From an uncultured Amnibacterium sp. (GTDB lineage: Bacteria > Actinomycetota > Actinomycetes > Actinomycetales > Microbacteriaceae): 64,000 nucleotides of DNA. The position numbers and the translations under genes are program-made. The stretch's first letter is position 1. The number at the start of each line of letters is the position of its first letter. Below, piece by piece: positions 30,099 to 38,588 of this stretch. Under the pieces are notes generated by a model that was not told the DNA's origin, did no database searches, and saw nothing but the letters and a program-made list of their open reading frames with translations. The stretch covers positions 4,364-68,363 of the forward strand of contig NZ_CAXTHO010000001.1 in the NCBI RefSeq assembly GCF_964244015.1. The letters run 5' to 3'.

Positions 30099-31042
30099 GC
30101 CGGGAGATGGCGGTCGGTTTCGTCCGGCTGGAACCTGACGATTGGGAGCGCGCGCGAAACCTTCTCACACACCGAGAGGGCGCCGAACGTGCCATGGAGA
30201 ATGCGCAGGTCGGCGACCGGACCGCCCTCGTGAAATACCGTCAGATCACGGGCGAGCTGGAACGCATCGCCTACGCCGCCTGGTCTGCGGGCGCGCCGAT
30301 CGACGGCACGCCCTCCGAGTTCTCGATCCAGCTCGAGTGGCCGTTCGCGCAGGGCCGGACCCCTGCGCCAGCCTTCGACGGCGCAGCCAGCCCGCCGCGA
30401 GAGGCGTGGCGCGCGGCCGACCCGCGAGCAAGCCGCACCGCGGCGACCTATGAACGCTTCCTCACACAGCTGGAGCGGTGGAGCTGCCACGTAGAGGGAC
30501 CGGAGCCTCCACCGCTTCGCCCGAGCGGCATTCAAAACCGCGCCCTCACGGAGGCATTCCGGCAGTTCGCGGCAGGCGAGCCGGGCCGACGGCCACAAAC
30601 AGTTCCGGTGACGTACATCGACGGATCGAGCGCGCGCCGATTCCCCCTCCACTCGGTTGAGCTTTTCTCGACGGTGCCCGACGAGGGCCGTGTGCTCCGG
30701 TTCACCCTGCTGTCCGTGCGGCACTTCTCGATGGACGCGACGATCGACGGTGCCTGGCTGCGTAACCGCGAGATCAGCCTGCCGAGGCCGCGAGCGGACA
30801 CCGACGAAATCGTCTACGTCGCAACCCGCGATCAGCTAGAGCGACTCGGGGACGAGCCGCTGATCCTCCACTTATTCCAGACCGGGCTGGAGGCGGCGGT
30901 CACCGGCTTCTACCGCGCGCTGGTCGATCATTTAATGGACAACAGGGTATCGGTGTGCGTTGTCCCGCACTACTTCGCCGGCGTTGTGCGCGGCAAGGAC
31001 CGGTTCCACGAGGGGACACCGTGGGCGAACTTCAAGTCGTGA
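30095..31042 (+). CDS. Hypothetical protein, 315 aa, in helicase operon
   Basis: GTGA overlaps at both ends; C-terminal alpha/beta region LLSVRH...LHLFQTGLEAAVTGFYRA. Confidence 0.7.
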   Translation: MSREMAVGFVRLEPDDWERARNLLTHREGAERAMENAQVGDRTALVKYRQITGELERIAYAAWSAGAPIDGTPSEFSIQLEWPFAQGRTPAPAFDGAASPPREAWRAADPRASRTAATYERFLTQLERWSCHVEGPEPPPLRPSGIQNRALTEAFRQFAAGEPGRRPQTVPVTYIDGSSARRFPLHSVELFSTVPDEGRVLRFTLLSVRHFSMDATIDGAWLRNREISLPRPRADTDEIVYVATRDQLERLGDEPLILHLFQTGLEAAVTGFYRALVDHLMDNRVSVCVVPHYFAGVVRGKDRFHEGTPWANFKS

Positions 31043-34000
31043 GTGAGTCGGAGCTCTCCACCTGGAGTGCCCTTTGCAAGGACTGTCGAAATATACGGAT
31101 CGCGCAGGGCAAGCTGCCTAAGCGAGCCGGAGACGCCCAGCGGCAGGAGCAGTTCGAATACTCCGAGGAGCACGCCAGGCGACTCCGCGAACGCGGCCAG
31201 TCCCGGTCCGATCGTTGCCCGGAGTGTCGACGTCGGCACCGCAGGGAGATAAGGGCGTTTCCAGTCGCCTACATAGATGTGGCCGCGATCGGGGAGGCTG
31301 CGGACTCAGCCGATCCAAGCGTGGGGCCGACAGGTCCGTTGGGGGGACTCGGCCCTCTGCCGCGCGTGCATCGGAAACGTACCGAGCGTGTCAACCTCGC
31401 ACAATTCGAGCTCGGGCTCACCGACGCGGACGTCCTCCGCCTGATCGAGCTCATGGCTGAGAACCAAGTCGTCGTGCTCGAGGCTGGAACAGGGACGGGG
31501 AAATCGACGCTTGCGCCCTTTCGTCTCATGAACCCGCCCGATGGCGCGGCGTACCGCCCCCTCGACACCGGACCGATCGTTGTCACTGAGCCGCGCGTGC
31601 GAGCCACGAAGGACATCGCGGCTTTCGTGGGCGAGACGATGTGCTTCGGCCACGATCCCAAGCAGTGCCGTCAGCACATCGGTCCAGGGCATCCGGTTGG
31701 GTACCAGTGCGAGGGACAGAAGGTGTGGGACGACGCCTGCAACCTGATCTATGCCACGGACGGCACGGTGATCAACTGGCTCGTTAACGGCGACCTCGCG
31801 CGATTTTCAGTGGTTGTTGTCGACGAGGCGCACGAACGTAGCGGCAACATTGACGGCATCCTCACAATCCTGGCGGCGCAGCTGCCGCGGTACCCGCACC
31901 TCCGGGTCATCATCGCGTCCGCGACGATCGAGCGCGGGTACTTCATGTCGTTCTTCTCGAAGGTCCCGACGGTGCGCGTGGCCGCGTTCAGCGCGGAGGC
32001 GCCGAAGACCGTCGGCTACGGCGTGCCGCTCTTCGCAGACGTCGAGTTCGACGAGACCGTGCTCGCCGGGGGTATGCATGTTACGGACGACTCGAGCGGA
32101 TTCGTCCTTCCCGGGTGGCCGGACGCGCCGAACCTCGAGGAAGGCGGTCGCAGCCTCCGTGAACGGACGCGCGACGCGATCGCCAGCCTGCGGCGCACCG
32201 CACCCGAGTGGCCTAAGCGCATCGAGCCGGTGGCGGTGGACCTAGCCCTCGACTTGCTGCGAACGACGAACGAGGGCGGGATCCTTATCTTTCTTCCAAC
32301 GTTCAACTCCGTGCAGGCGGCGCGTGCCGACCTGATCGCACGCCTCGAGAACGAGAAGTTCGGCGAGAACGTTGACGTCTACTGGTTGATGCGCGCGACC
32401 CCGCCCGTCGAGCAGGAACTCGCGGTGGGTTCCGTGCCCCCAGGTCGTCGCAAAGTAGTCATCGCTAGCAATATCGCCGAGACGTCGCTCACCATTTCAG
32501 ATCTTCGCTACGTAATCGACGGCGGACTCGTTCAACAGTCGAGGTGGGATCCCGATCACGTCACCTCCTACGGGGCATGCGTGCCGCACAGCCAGTCCGG
32601 CGTCAGGCAGCGCTGGGGCCGCGTGGGGCGCAAGACGCATGGTTGGGTGTTTCCGCTCTACACCCTCGCTCAGTTCCGGGCGATGCCGAGAGACACCCCG
32701 GCTGGGTCGACGCAGGTGAACCTCGAGAGCATGATGCTCAAGCTCTTCGCTGCCGGTGAGGACCCACGGAACCTCGACTTCCCAGTGGATTTCGCGTCCG
32801 AGGACATCTCGCGCGACGCGCAGGGTCAGGAGGTCGCGGCGGGATTCACGCGTGAGCGTGCACGCGCGCTCGCGGCATTGCAGGCGGCGGGAGCCCTCAC
32901 CGCCGGGGGTGAGAGCCTGAGCGCGCGTGGCGCGGAGCTGGCGAGGTCCCGGCTCCCCGCCGACCAAGCGACGGCGCTCATGTTCGCCGACCGGTTGGCA
33001 TGCGTGCCCGAGGTAGCGACAGCGCTCGTCGTCCTGACTTCTCCTTTAGCGGGCCCTGGCGGGATCCTCGCGACTGAGAAGTCGTGGCCGGACGAATGGG
33101 CGGTGCACGCCCGCCGCTGCCACGAGGCGTTCGCCGAGGGGTGTGACGACGACCTAGAGCTCATGGTGCGGATTTTCGCGGAATGGAGGGCACAGTCCGA
33201 TCCCGAGCGCTGGGCACGTCAGTGGTGGATCGATCTTCCGGCGCTAGAGAGGGCTCGACAGAAGGCGCTGAAGCTCATCGAGTCGCTCGCGCCTGGGATG
33301 GCTCACGAGGCGGACCGCGCCCTCGATCTGAGACTGCTCGAACGCGCGCGCGCGGCAGTGTCCCGCGCGCTCCCAGGTCTGCGTTACTCACGTCGCTCGC
33401 TCGAGGACGGCAAGGTCGTCTGGGAACCCACGACCGGAGCCATCGCGCCGCTGGCCGTGTCACCGCTTCACCTCGTGCAGCCCACGGGCGACGTGATCGC
33501 GCTCGGGCGACTTCGGCCGACGACGCGCGGTTGGGTCTCCGCCGTGGGTCAGGCGTTCGGGATCGTCGCCGTGCGCGCGTGGGCAGCGGAGGGCGAACTC
33601 GACGAGCTCGACCTCATCCTCCGCGCTCGCGTCGAGGCCGTCGAGACTCCGATCGACCCGTTCCGGACGGCGCGCGAACGATTCCCGGTGGGAGCGCTCC
33701 TCGACTTCGATAACTGGTCCCTGGGGCCGCGCTTGACTGTGACGAAACTCTCCGATGGCCTTCAGCTACCTGGTCGCAGGGAGGTCGCCGAGCAGGAGCC
33801 TGGCGCGCCCGGTGACCCGCTGGTCTACTCGACCTCGACCTCGACCTCGACCTCGACCTCGACCTCGACCTCGACCTCGACCTCAGTCGGAACGACGACT
33901 CCGGCCGGGTCGGCGGATTTTGAGGGAGCGTCCGATTCCGGGGACGGGACGGATGGCGCAGACGAGGTCGAGTGGGACCTCGCCGGCGATGTCGTGCTGG

Positions 34001-36177
34001 GGGTCGCAGAGATCCCGGAAGAAGAGTTGCACCTCACTCCGGTGCCGATCCGCGAGCTTGAGAACCCGGAGATTGAGGCCTTCGACAACGTCGAACTGGA
34101 ATCCCGGCCGCAAGACGATCCGATGGTCGAGCTCTCGTTCATACTCGAAGGGGGTCGAATCGCTGACGGTATCGCGGCTCGCGCCCTTGTGACCGGATAC
34201 CAGTCCACCGCAGACGGGGTCGCCGTCCGCGTGATAGCGCGCCCGGCGATGGTGGACGACCTCGAACCGGGCGCCAGGGTCCGAGTCGCCGTGACTTCCG
34301 AGGTGCGGACGCACCTCGGACGCGGAGTCGTCCTGCGACGCATCGACGGCGCAGGAGGAATCGTTGGCGACGAAGTCATCTCGTTCGAACCTATGGCCGA
34401 CGCGGCCCTCCGCGCGGACGCCGACAGCCTGCCAATCGGGGCGGAGCTCGATCTTGTCGCAGTGCCGGTACAGGGGCAGGGGCAGGCCGTCGTGCCGACC
34501 CTGGCGGGCTTTGTCGCCGAGCAGATGACGGGTCAGCGCGGTGTCCCGGCGACCCTCACTAGTCGGGTGTTCCGCAACTACCAGGGCACGGAGTCGGTGC
34601 TCGCCCACCTCGACCTTCCGTCCAGCCCCGTGCGCCCCGGCATCCTCGTGCCGCGCACGCTGATTGACGAGGCAGGGATCGCGATGGAAGAGGGCGCGCG
34701 TGTGCAGCTCTCCGTCGGATTTAACCTCGGGGCGCGGAGGACGGGCGCATGGCGCGAGGGGAAGATCGAGCGGCTCGTGACCCGCTATCCGCACCTGTTC
34801 TCGTCGCAAGGTGGACGCAGGCTGCGGTTCGAGCCTCGCGTCGCGCTCACGGGTGCCGAGCGTGACGATCTTTTGGCCTCCGTCCGTGGCGACCCGGATA
34901 GCGAAGCGAACATCTGGCGCCTCTGGTCGACCACCCGCTGGCTGCGACCGCTGGGCGTCCAGGGGATCGTCGACGCCGAGCTGCCGGCTTCTGCACGGCG
35001 TAGCATCACTGACGAGAAGTTGTCGCGTTTCCGCAAGCAGTTTGGTGTGGGGATCGTGCGGCGGCCCGGGGGCAGGCTTCAGATGGCGGGCTCCGGCGAG
35101 GCCGTCGAGCGAGCGATGGCGGCGATCAACGACGAGTTGTCCTTCACGCGGCGAGGTTTCGAACTCCCCGCTCCCGGTGGCCGGTGGCCCGCTGCTCAGG
35201 AGGTCGTCGCCGCCCTCGTTGCTGCCGATGCGTCGCTCCAGCCGGGCCAGGTCGCATCCTGGGTTCGGGGCCGCAACGTGTGGGTGCCGGGTTGGTATGC
35301 CGACGCTTCTGTCATCGAGTCTGCCCTGAGGGCCCAGAACGACGGGCTTTACGACGTGCTGACCTTCGCGGAACCGCGGGGCTTCTACGCGTTCAAGAAG
35401 AAGGAGCGCTGGGAGCAGGTCAGCGCCGGCCTCGCGGTGACCCGCCAGGTTCTCGCGGATGGATCGACCTGGCTGATCCGTGCAGACGACGGTTCGGTGC
35501 TGAACGAGGTGGTCGCCCGGTTCCGGCGTGCGGCGTCTTCCGTGCAATTCTCCGTCGGTCGCGGTGAGCGCGTCGAGGTCACCGCGATCGAGCAGACGAC
35601 CTCGCACGAGCTCCAGGTCGGATACGCCACCCCGCACGGGTCAAACCGCACCGCGACACCGTTTTTCGTAGTCGTCGACGGCGGGCGGCGATTATTGGTA
35701 GAGGAGGCGGCGCGCGGCGACTTCGTCGCACGCGACCCCCTGGACGGCTCGACGTGGCGGTGCCTCGGCAGCGACGGCAACGTTCTCGAATTCGGGGCCT
35801 TTCACTTAACGCGCCCGGTCGGCGGCGAGCCGTCGGCAGTCACCGTCACCTGGTCGGGCGAGCCGCGGAGGGCCGTCGCCGTCCCTCTCGGCGCCGGGCA
35901 GGTTACGCGGATAGTGAAGGTGGTCTCCTCAGGGAGTTCCTTCGTGCTTACCTTCGACGCCGGGGCTGCGAGAGAGTGCGCAGCCCTCGATGCTGCTCGT
36001 GACAATCGAGAGAGCTGGTCCGCTGACATCGACCTTCAGAACGATCGCCTCCGCGTCGCCGCGGGCGCCCATCGCGCAGAGCTCAGACCGGTCGCTGAGC
36101 GGGAACACGAGTACCGGGGAACCGAGCGGCACATCGACGCGCACGGCGGCGGAGACATCTGGATGTGGCTTCCCTAG
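31039..36177 (+). CDS. Large DEAH/RHA (HrpA-like) SF2 helicase with N-terminal zinc ribbon and long C-terminal extension
   Basis: CKDC...FEYSE...RCPECR; motifs GTGTGKST, TEPR, DEAHERS, SAT, ASNIAETSLTI, QRWGRVGR; HA2-like helix region. Confidence 0.85.
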   Translation: MSESELSTWSALCKDCRNIRIAQGKLPKRAGDAQRQEQFEYSEEHARRLRERGQSRSDRCPECRRRHRREIRAFPVAYIDVAAIGEAADSADPSVGPTGPLGGLGPLPRVHRKRTERVNLAQFELGLTDADVLRLIELMAENQVVVLEAGTGTGKSTLAPFRLMNPPDGAAYRPLDTGPIVVTEPRVRATKDIAAFVGETMCFGHDPKQCRQHIGPGHPVGYQCEGQKVWDDACNLIYATDGTVINWLVNGDLARFSVVVVDEAHERSGNIDGILTILAAQLPRYPHLRVIIASATIERGYFMSFFSKVPTVRVAAFSAEAPKTVGYGVPLFADVEFDETVLAGGMHVTDDSSGFVLPGWPDAPNLEEGGRSLRERTRDAIASLRRTAPEWPKRIEPVAVDLALDLLRTTNEGGILIFLPTFNSVQAARADLIARLENEKFGENVDVYWLMRATPPVEQELAVGSVPPGRRKVVIASNIAETSLTISDLRYVIDGGLVQQSRWDPDHVTSYGACVPHSQSGVRQRWGRVGRKTHGWVFPLYTLAQFRAMPRDTPAGSTQVNLESMMLKLFAAGEDPRNLDFPVDFASEDISRDAQGQEVAAGFTRERARALAALQAAGALTAGGESLSARGAELARSRLPADQATALMFADRLACVPEVATALVVLTSPLAGPGGILATEKSWPDEWAVHARRCHEAFAEGCDDDLELMVRIFAEWRAQSDPERWARQWWIDLPALERARQKALKLIESLAPGMAHEADRALDLRLLERARAAVSRALPGLRYSRRSLEDGKVVWEPTTGAIAPLAVSPLHLVQPTGDVIALGRLRPTTRGWVSAVGQAFGIVAVRAWAAEGELDELDLILRARVEAVETPIDPFRTARERFPVGALLDFDNWSLGPRLTVTKLSDGLQLPGRREVAEQEPGAPGDPLVYSTSTSTSTSTSTSTSTSTSVGTTTPAGSADFEGASDSGDGTDGADEVEWDLAGDVVLGVAEIPEEELHLTPVPIRELENPEIEAFDNVELESRPQDDPMVELSFILEGGRIADGIAARALVTGYQSTADGVAVRVIARPAMVDDLEPGARVRVAVTSEVRTHLGRGVVLRRIDGAGGIVGDEVISFEPMADAALRADADSLPIGAELDLVAVPVQGQGQAVVPTLAGFVAEQMTGQRGVPATLTSRVFRNYQGTESVLAHLDLPSSPVRPGILVPRTLIDEAGIAMEEGARVQLSVGFNLGARRTGAWREGKIERLVTRYPHLFSSQGGRRLRFEPRVALTGAERDDLLASVRGDPDSEANIWRLWSTTRWLRPLGVQGIVDAELPASARRSITDEKLSRFRKQFGVGIVRRPGGRLQMAGSGEAVERAMAAINDELSFTRRGFELPAPGGRWPAAQEVVAALVAADASLQPGQVASWVRGRNVWVPGWYADASVIESALRAQNDGLYDVLTFAEPRGFYAFKKKERWEQVSAGLAVTRQVLADGSTWLIRADDGSVLNEVVARFRRAASSVQFSVGRGERVEVTAIEQTTSHELQVGYATPHGSNRTATPFFVVVDGGRRLLVEEAARGDFVARDPLDGSTWRCLGSDGNVLEFGAFHLTRPVGGEPSAVTVTWSGEPRRAVAVPLGAGQVTRIVKVVSSGSSFVLTFDAGAARECAALDAARDNRESWSADIDLQNDRLRVAAGAHRAELRPVAEREHEYRGTERHIDAHGGGDIWMWLP
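33829..33882 (+). repeat. In-frame tandem repeat (TCGACC)x9 encoding (Ser-Thr)9
   Basis: Counted directly in the sequence. Confidence 0.95.
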
Positions 36178-36292
36178 ACGTGCGTCCCTGGCTCTCCACA
36201 TCGACGATCCGCCGCTTGCCCCTTGCCCCTTGCCCCGACGATCCGATGGGAAGCTCGACCCGATGATCGCCATCAGTTTCGCATCCGACTTG

Positions 36293-37415
36293 TGAACCGT
36301 CCCTGTTTTCAGGCCGCTTCGTTGCTGGGGGCTTCGTCGTTTGACGGGCCGGTTTCTTGGGCGTAATAGTCAGCCTCGTATTCGGCGGGCGGGATGTTCC
36401 CCAGGGTCGAATGCAGGCGGGACGTGTTGTACCAATCGACCACGCGAAGGTGACCGCCTCGACGTCCGGCAGGCCCTTCAGTGGCCCGGGTCGGAACGGT
36501 GAGCCCTTGCGGATCGCGTCGGTATTGAACAGCCCCATGACGGTCTCCGCGGCCGCTTTGTCCTACGCGTCACCGACGGACCCGATCGATGCCACCAGGC
36601 CCGCCAGCGCGACGGTCTCGGTGAAGCGGATCGATGTGTACTGGGCGAAATCAACCGGTCGTCGCAACACCGGGCTCTTGTGGCGAGGCTAGATGGTCGG
36701 CGAGGGCTTCGGCGGGTGTCTTCCATCCGAGCGTCCTGCGTGGTCGGTTGTTTAGGGTCGCGGCGATCGCAGCGAGGTCACCGGCTGACCATCTGGAGAG
36801 GCCGGTGCCCTTCGGGAAGTGCTGCCGCAGGAGCCCGTTCGTGTTCTCGTTCGTGCGGCGCTGCCAGGGCGAGTGCGGGTCTGCGAAGAACACCTTCGTG
36901 CCCGTCGCGAGGGTGAACGCGGCGTGCCCGGGGAGTTCCTCGCCCCGGTCCCAGGTCAGAGTCTTGCGCAGTTGCAGCGGCAGCTGGCCGAGCGAGGCGA
37001 TCAGCGCCCTTGTCATTGCTTCGACCCCGTAACCAGCCAACGGCGGCCCGCCCTTCACTGGCGCAGTCTCGAGCCAGCCGTCGAGCCGAGGTAGGTGGAC
37101 GAGCGATCGTGGATCGCGTGTTCCGGTACGAGGGTCCCAATCGCGGACCGTTCGGTGCCGACGATCAGGTCGCCTTCCCAATGGCCGGGCAGGGCTCCGT
37201 CGTCGGCCTCAGCGGGACGCTCGCTGATAACGACCGCGGCGGTGACGTGACCTTGTGGCTGGTTCCGGGATCGGGTGCGTGGGATCCGCAGCGCTCGACC
37301 CGTCGAGCCGATCGAGCACCATCCTGACCGCGCGCTCCCGAACCTCGCTCGGGTACTGCTTCGGCATGCTGCATCCTTCCAAGGAAAACAGCGGCCTGAA
37401 AACAGGGACCGTTCA
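36293..37415 (-). mobile_element. Degenerate IS3-family element with both terminal IRs and an internal IS30-family fragment
   Basis: IRs TGAACCGTCCCTGTTTTCAGGCCGC and GCGGCCTGAAAACAGGGACCGTTCA (1 mismatch); orfA start MPKQYPSEVRERAVRMV at 37367; orfB end at about 36310-36650. Confidence 0.85.
36651..37250 (-). pseudogene. IS30-family transposase C-terminal fragment
   Basis: PGHWEGDLI, TLTWDRG.E, FADPHSPWQR.TNENTNGLLRQHFPKGT; frameshifted. Confidence 0.85.
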
Positions 37416-38201
37416 TGCTGCCAGGAGCTGCCGACGATGCAGGGCACTCATGTGGGAGCTCAAGCGGCTGCGCAAGTCGTCCTGCCGCTCGAGGCCAGGG
37501 CTGCCCGACCAAGGCACTGACTCAGCGTCGCTCAGGATTGGTCCCAGCCGGCTTGGCTACGAGACACTCAGTGTTCACTGATGGGTGACCGCCTTCCGGA
37601 CGTTCTAGCGCCTGGTCCCAGTCGTCATTGAGTCTGGAAGCTCCCTGAGCCGCGCGCACCGCTTACATCCAAAGTGCTAGTGCGCCGGGCCAGTGGAGCA
37701 AATCGACTGGCGGAATGACGTCTTTTCAGGCTCCACTCAGGCTGCATGCAAAGCCGGTCCTGGCGCAGGGGTTAAATTTCGTCGTACTCCTCGCCCGAGA
37801 GGCCTTGCGCACCGCACTGATGCGCATCCCCTCGATCCAGAGATTCGAATTGTCGACGTATACGAACAGTGTCATGGTGCCTCGCTTCATCGCGACCCGG
37901 TCGTTTGGAGAATAACGCTGCTACGTGATCAGCTAGACGTTGGCTCGCGCCGATGCGCATCGAGTGCGTCGTCGGCACGCGTGAAGGCCCAACTCATGAG
38001 CTACCCCGTGTCCTTCGGGAGAGCGGCACCAAGCACGCTGCGCTTCGCAACAAGATTGTGATGAAGCGACATGCTGAGTGAGCCTGTGAGTTGCGTGACA
38101 ACGACGCCTCGCTCCGCTACCCTGCGCTCATCCAGCGCGACCTTCCCGTCCGGCAGGCGCTATTGACATGATCGGGGATATTTTGTTCAATAAGGCCAGA
38201 A

Positions 38202-38588
38202 ATGAACACAGAACTCAAAACACTGGCCCTGCTGCAAATGCGCGGAGAGATATTGAATCTTCCGCCACCCTCTTCTCGTCGCCGTCTCGCTGAACGCGCA
38301 ATCGCGATCATGGGCATAGAGCTTGATGATGTTCGAGCTGCCGAAACGGCTCGCATCCTTGAATCACAAGAGCAAGCAAGTCTCGATATATCAAGTGCGC
38401 TCGACGCGAAAGAGGTTGTCTCTTTTGATGAGCTCGACGAGATACGGAAATTGCATGCTTTGACAAAAGGGCAACTTAATCGCGTAGTCGGCATTCTCAT
38501 CGAGGATGGCACGGCTGCGTACGTTGGAAGCGGATACGCCAAGGCACCGGACGAAGAGCAGCTCCAGCGTGAACTCATCAGCCAGTGA
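38202..38588 (+). CDS. Hypothetical protein, possible winged-helix C-terminus
   Basis: 128 aa; LTKGQLNRVVGILIEDG...YVGSGY; overlaps the dGTPase start. Confidence 0.5.
   Translation: MNTELKTLALLQMRGEILNLPPPSSRRRLAERAIAIMGIELDDVRAAETARILESQEQASLDISSALDAKEVVSFDELDEIRKLHALTKGQLNRVVGILIEDGTAAYVGSGYAKAPDEEQLQRELISQ

Noticed and set aside
33829-33882. CRISPR array or phase-variation frameshift tract
   Set aside because: Spacer-less 6-bp unit, so length changes keep the frame; no cas genes or repeat-spacer arrays seen anywhere in the window
31039-36177. Hachiman, Shango or housekeeping hrpA assignment
   Set aside because: Motifs are DEAH/RHA type rather than Ski2 or DEAD; no HamA-, TerB- or ATPase-like partner recognised; sits in an island operon with a non-HrpA N- and C-terminus
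37416-38200. Short ORFs next to the IS (e.g. 37772-37978)
   Set aside because: No RBS, motif or coupling support; may be decayed coding DNA but cannot be assigned
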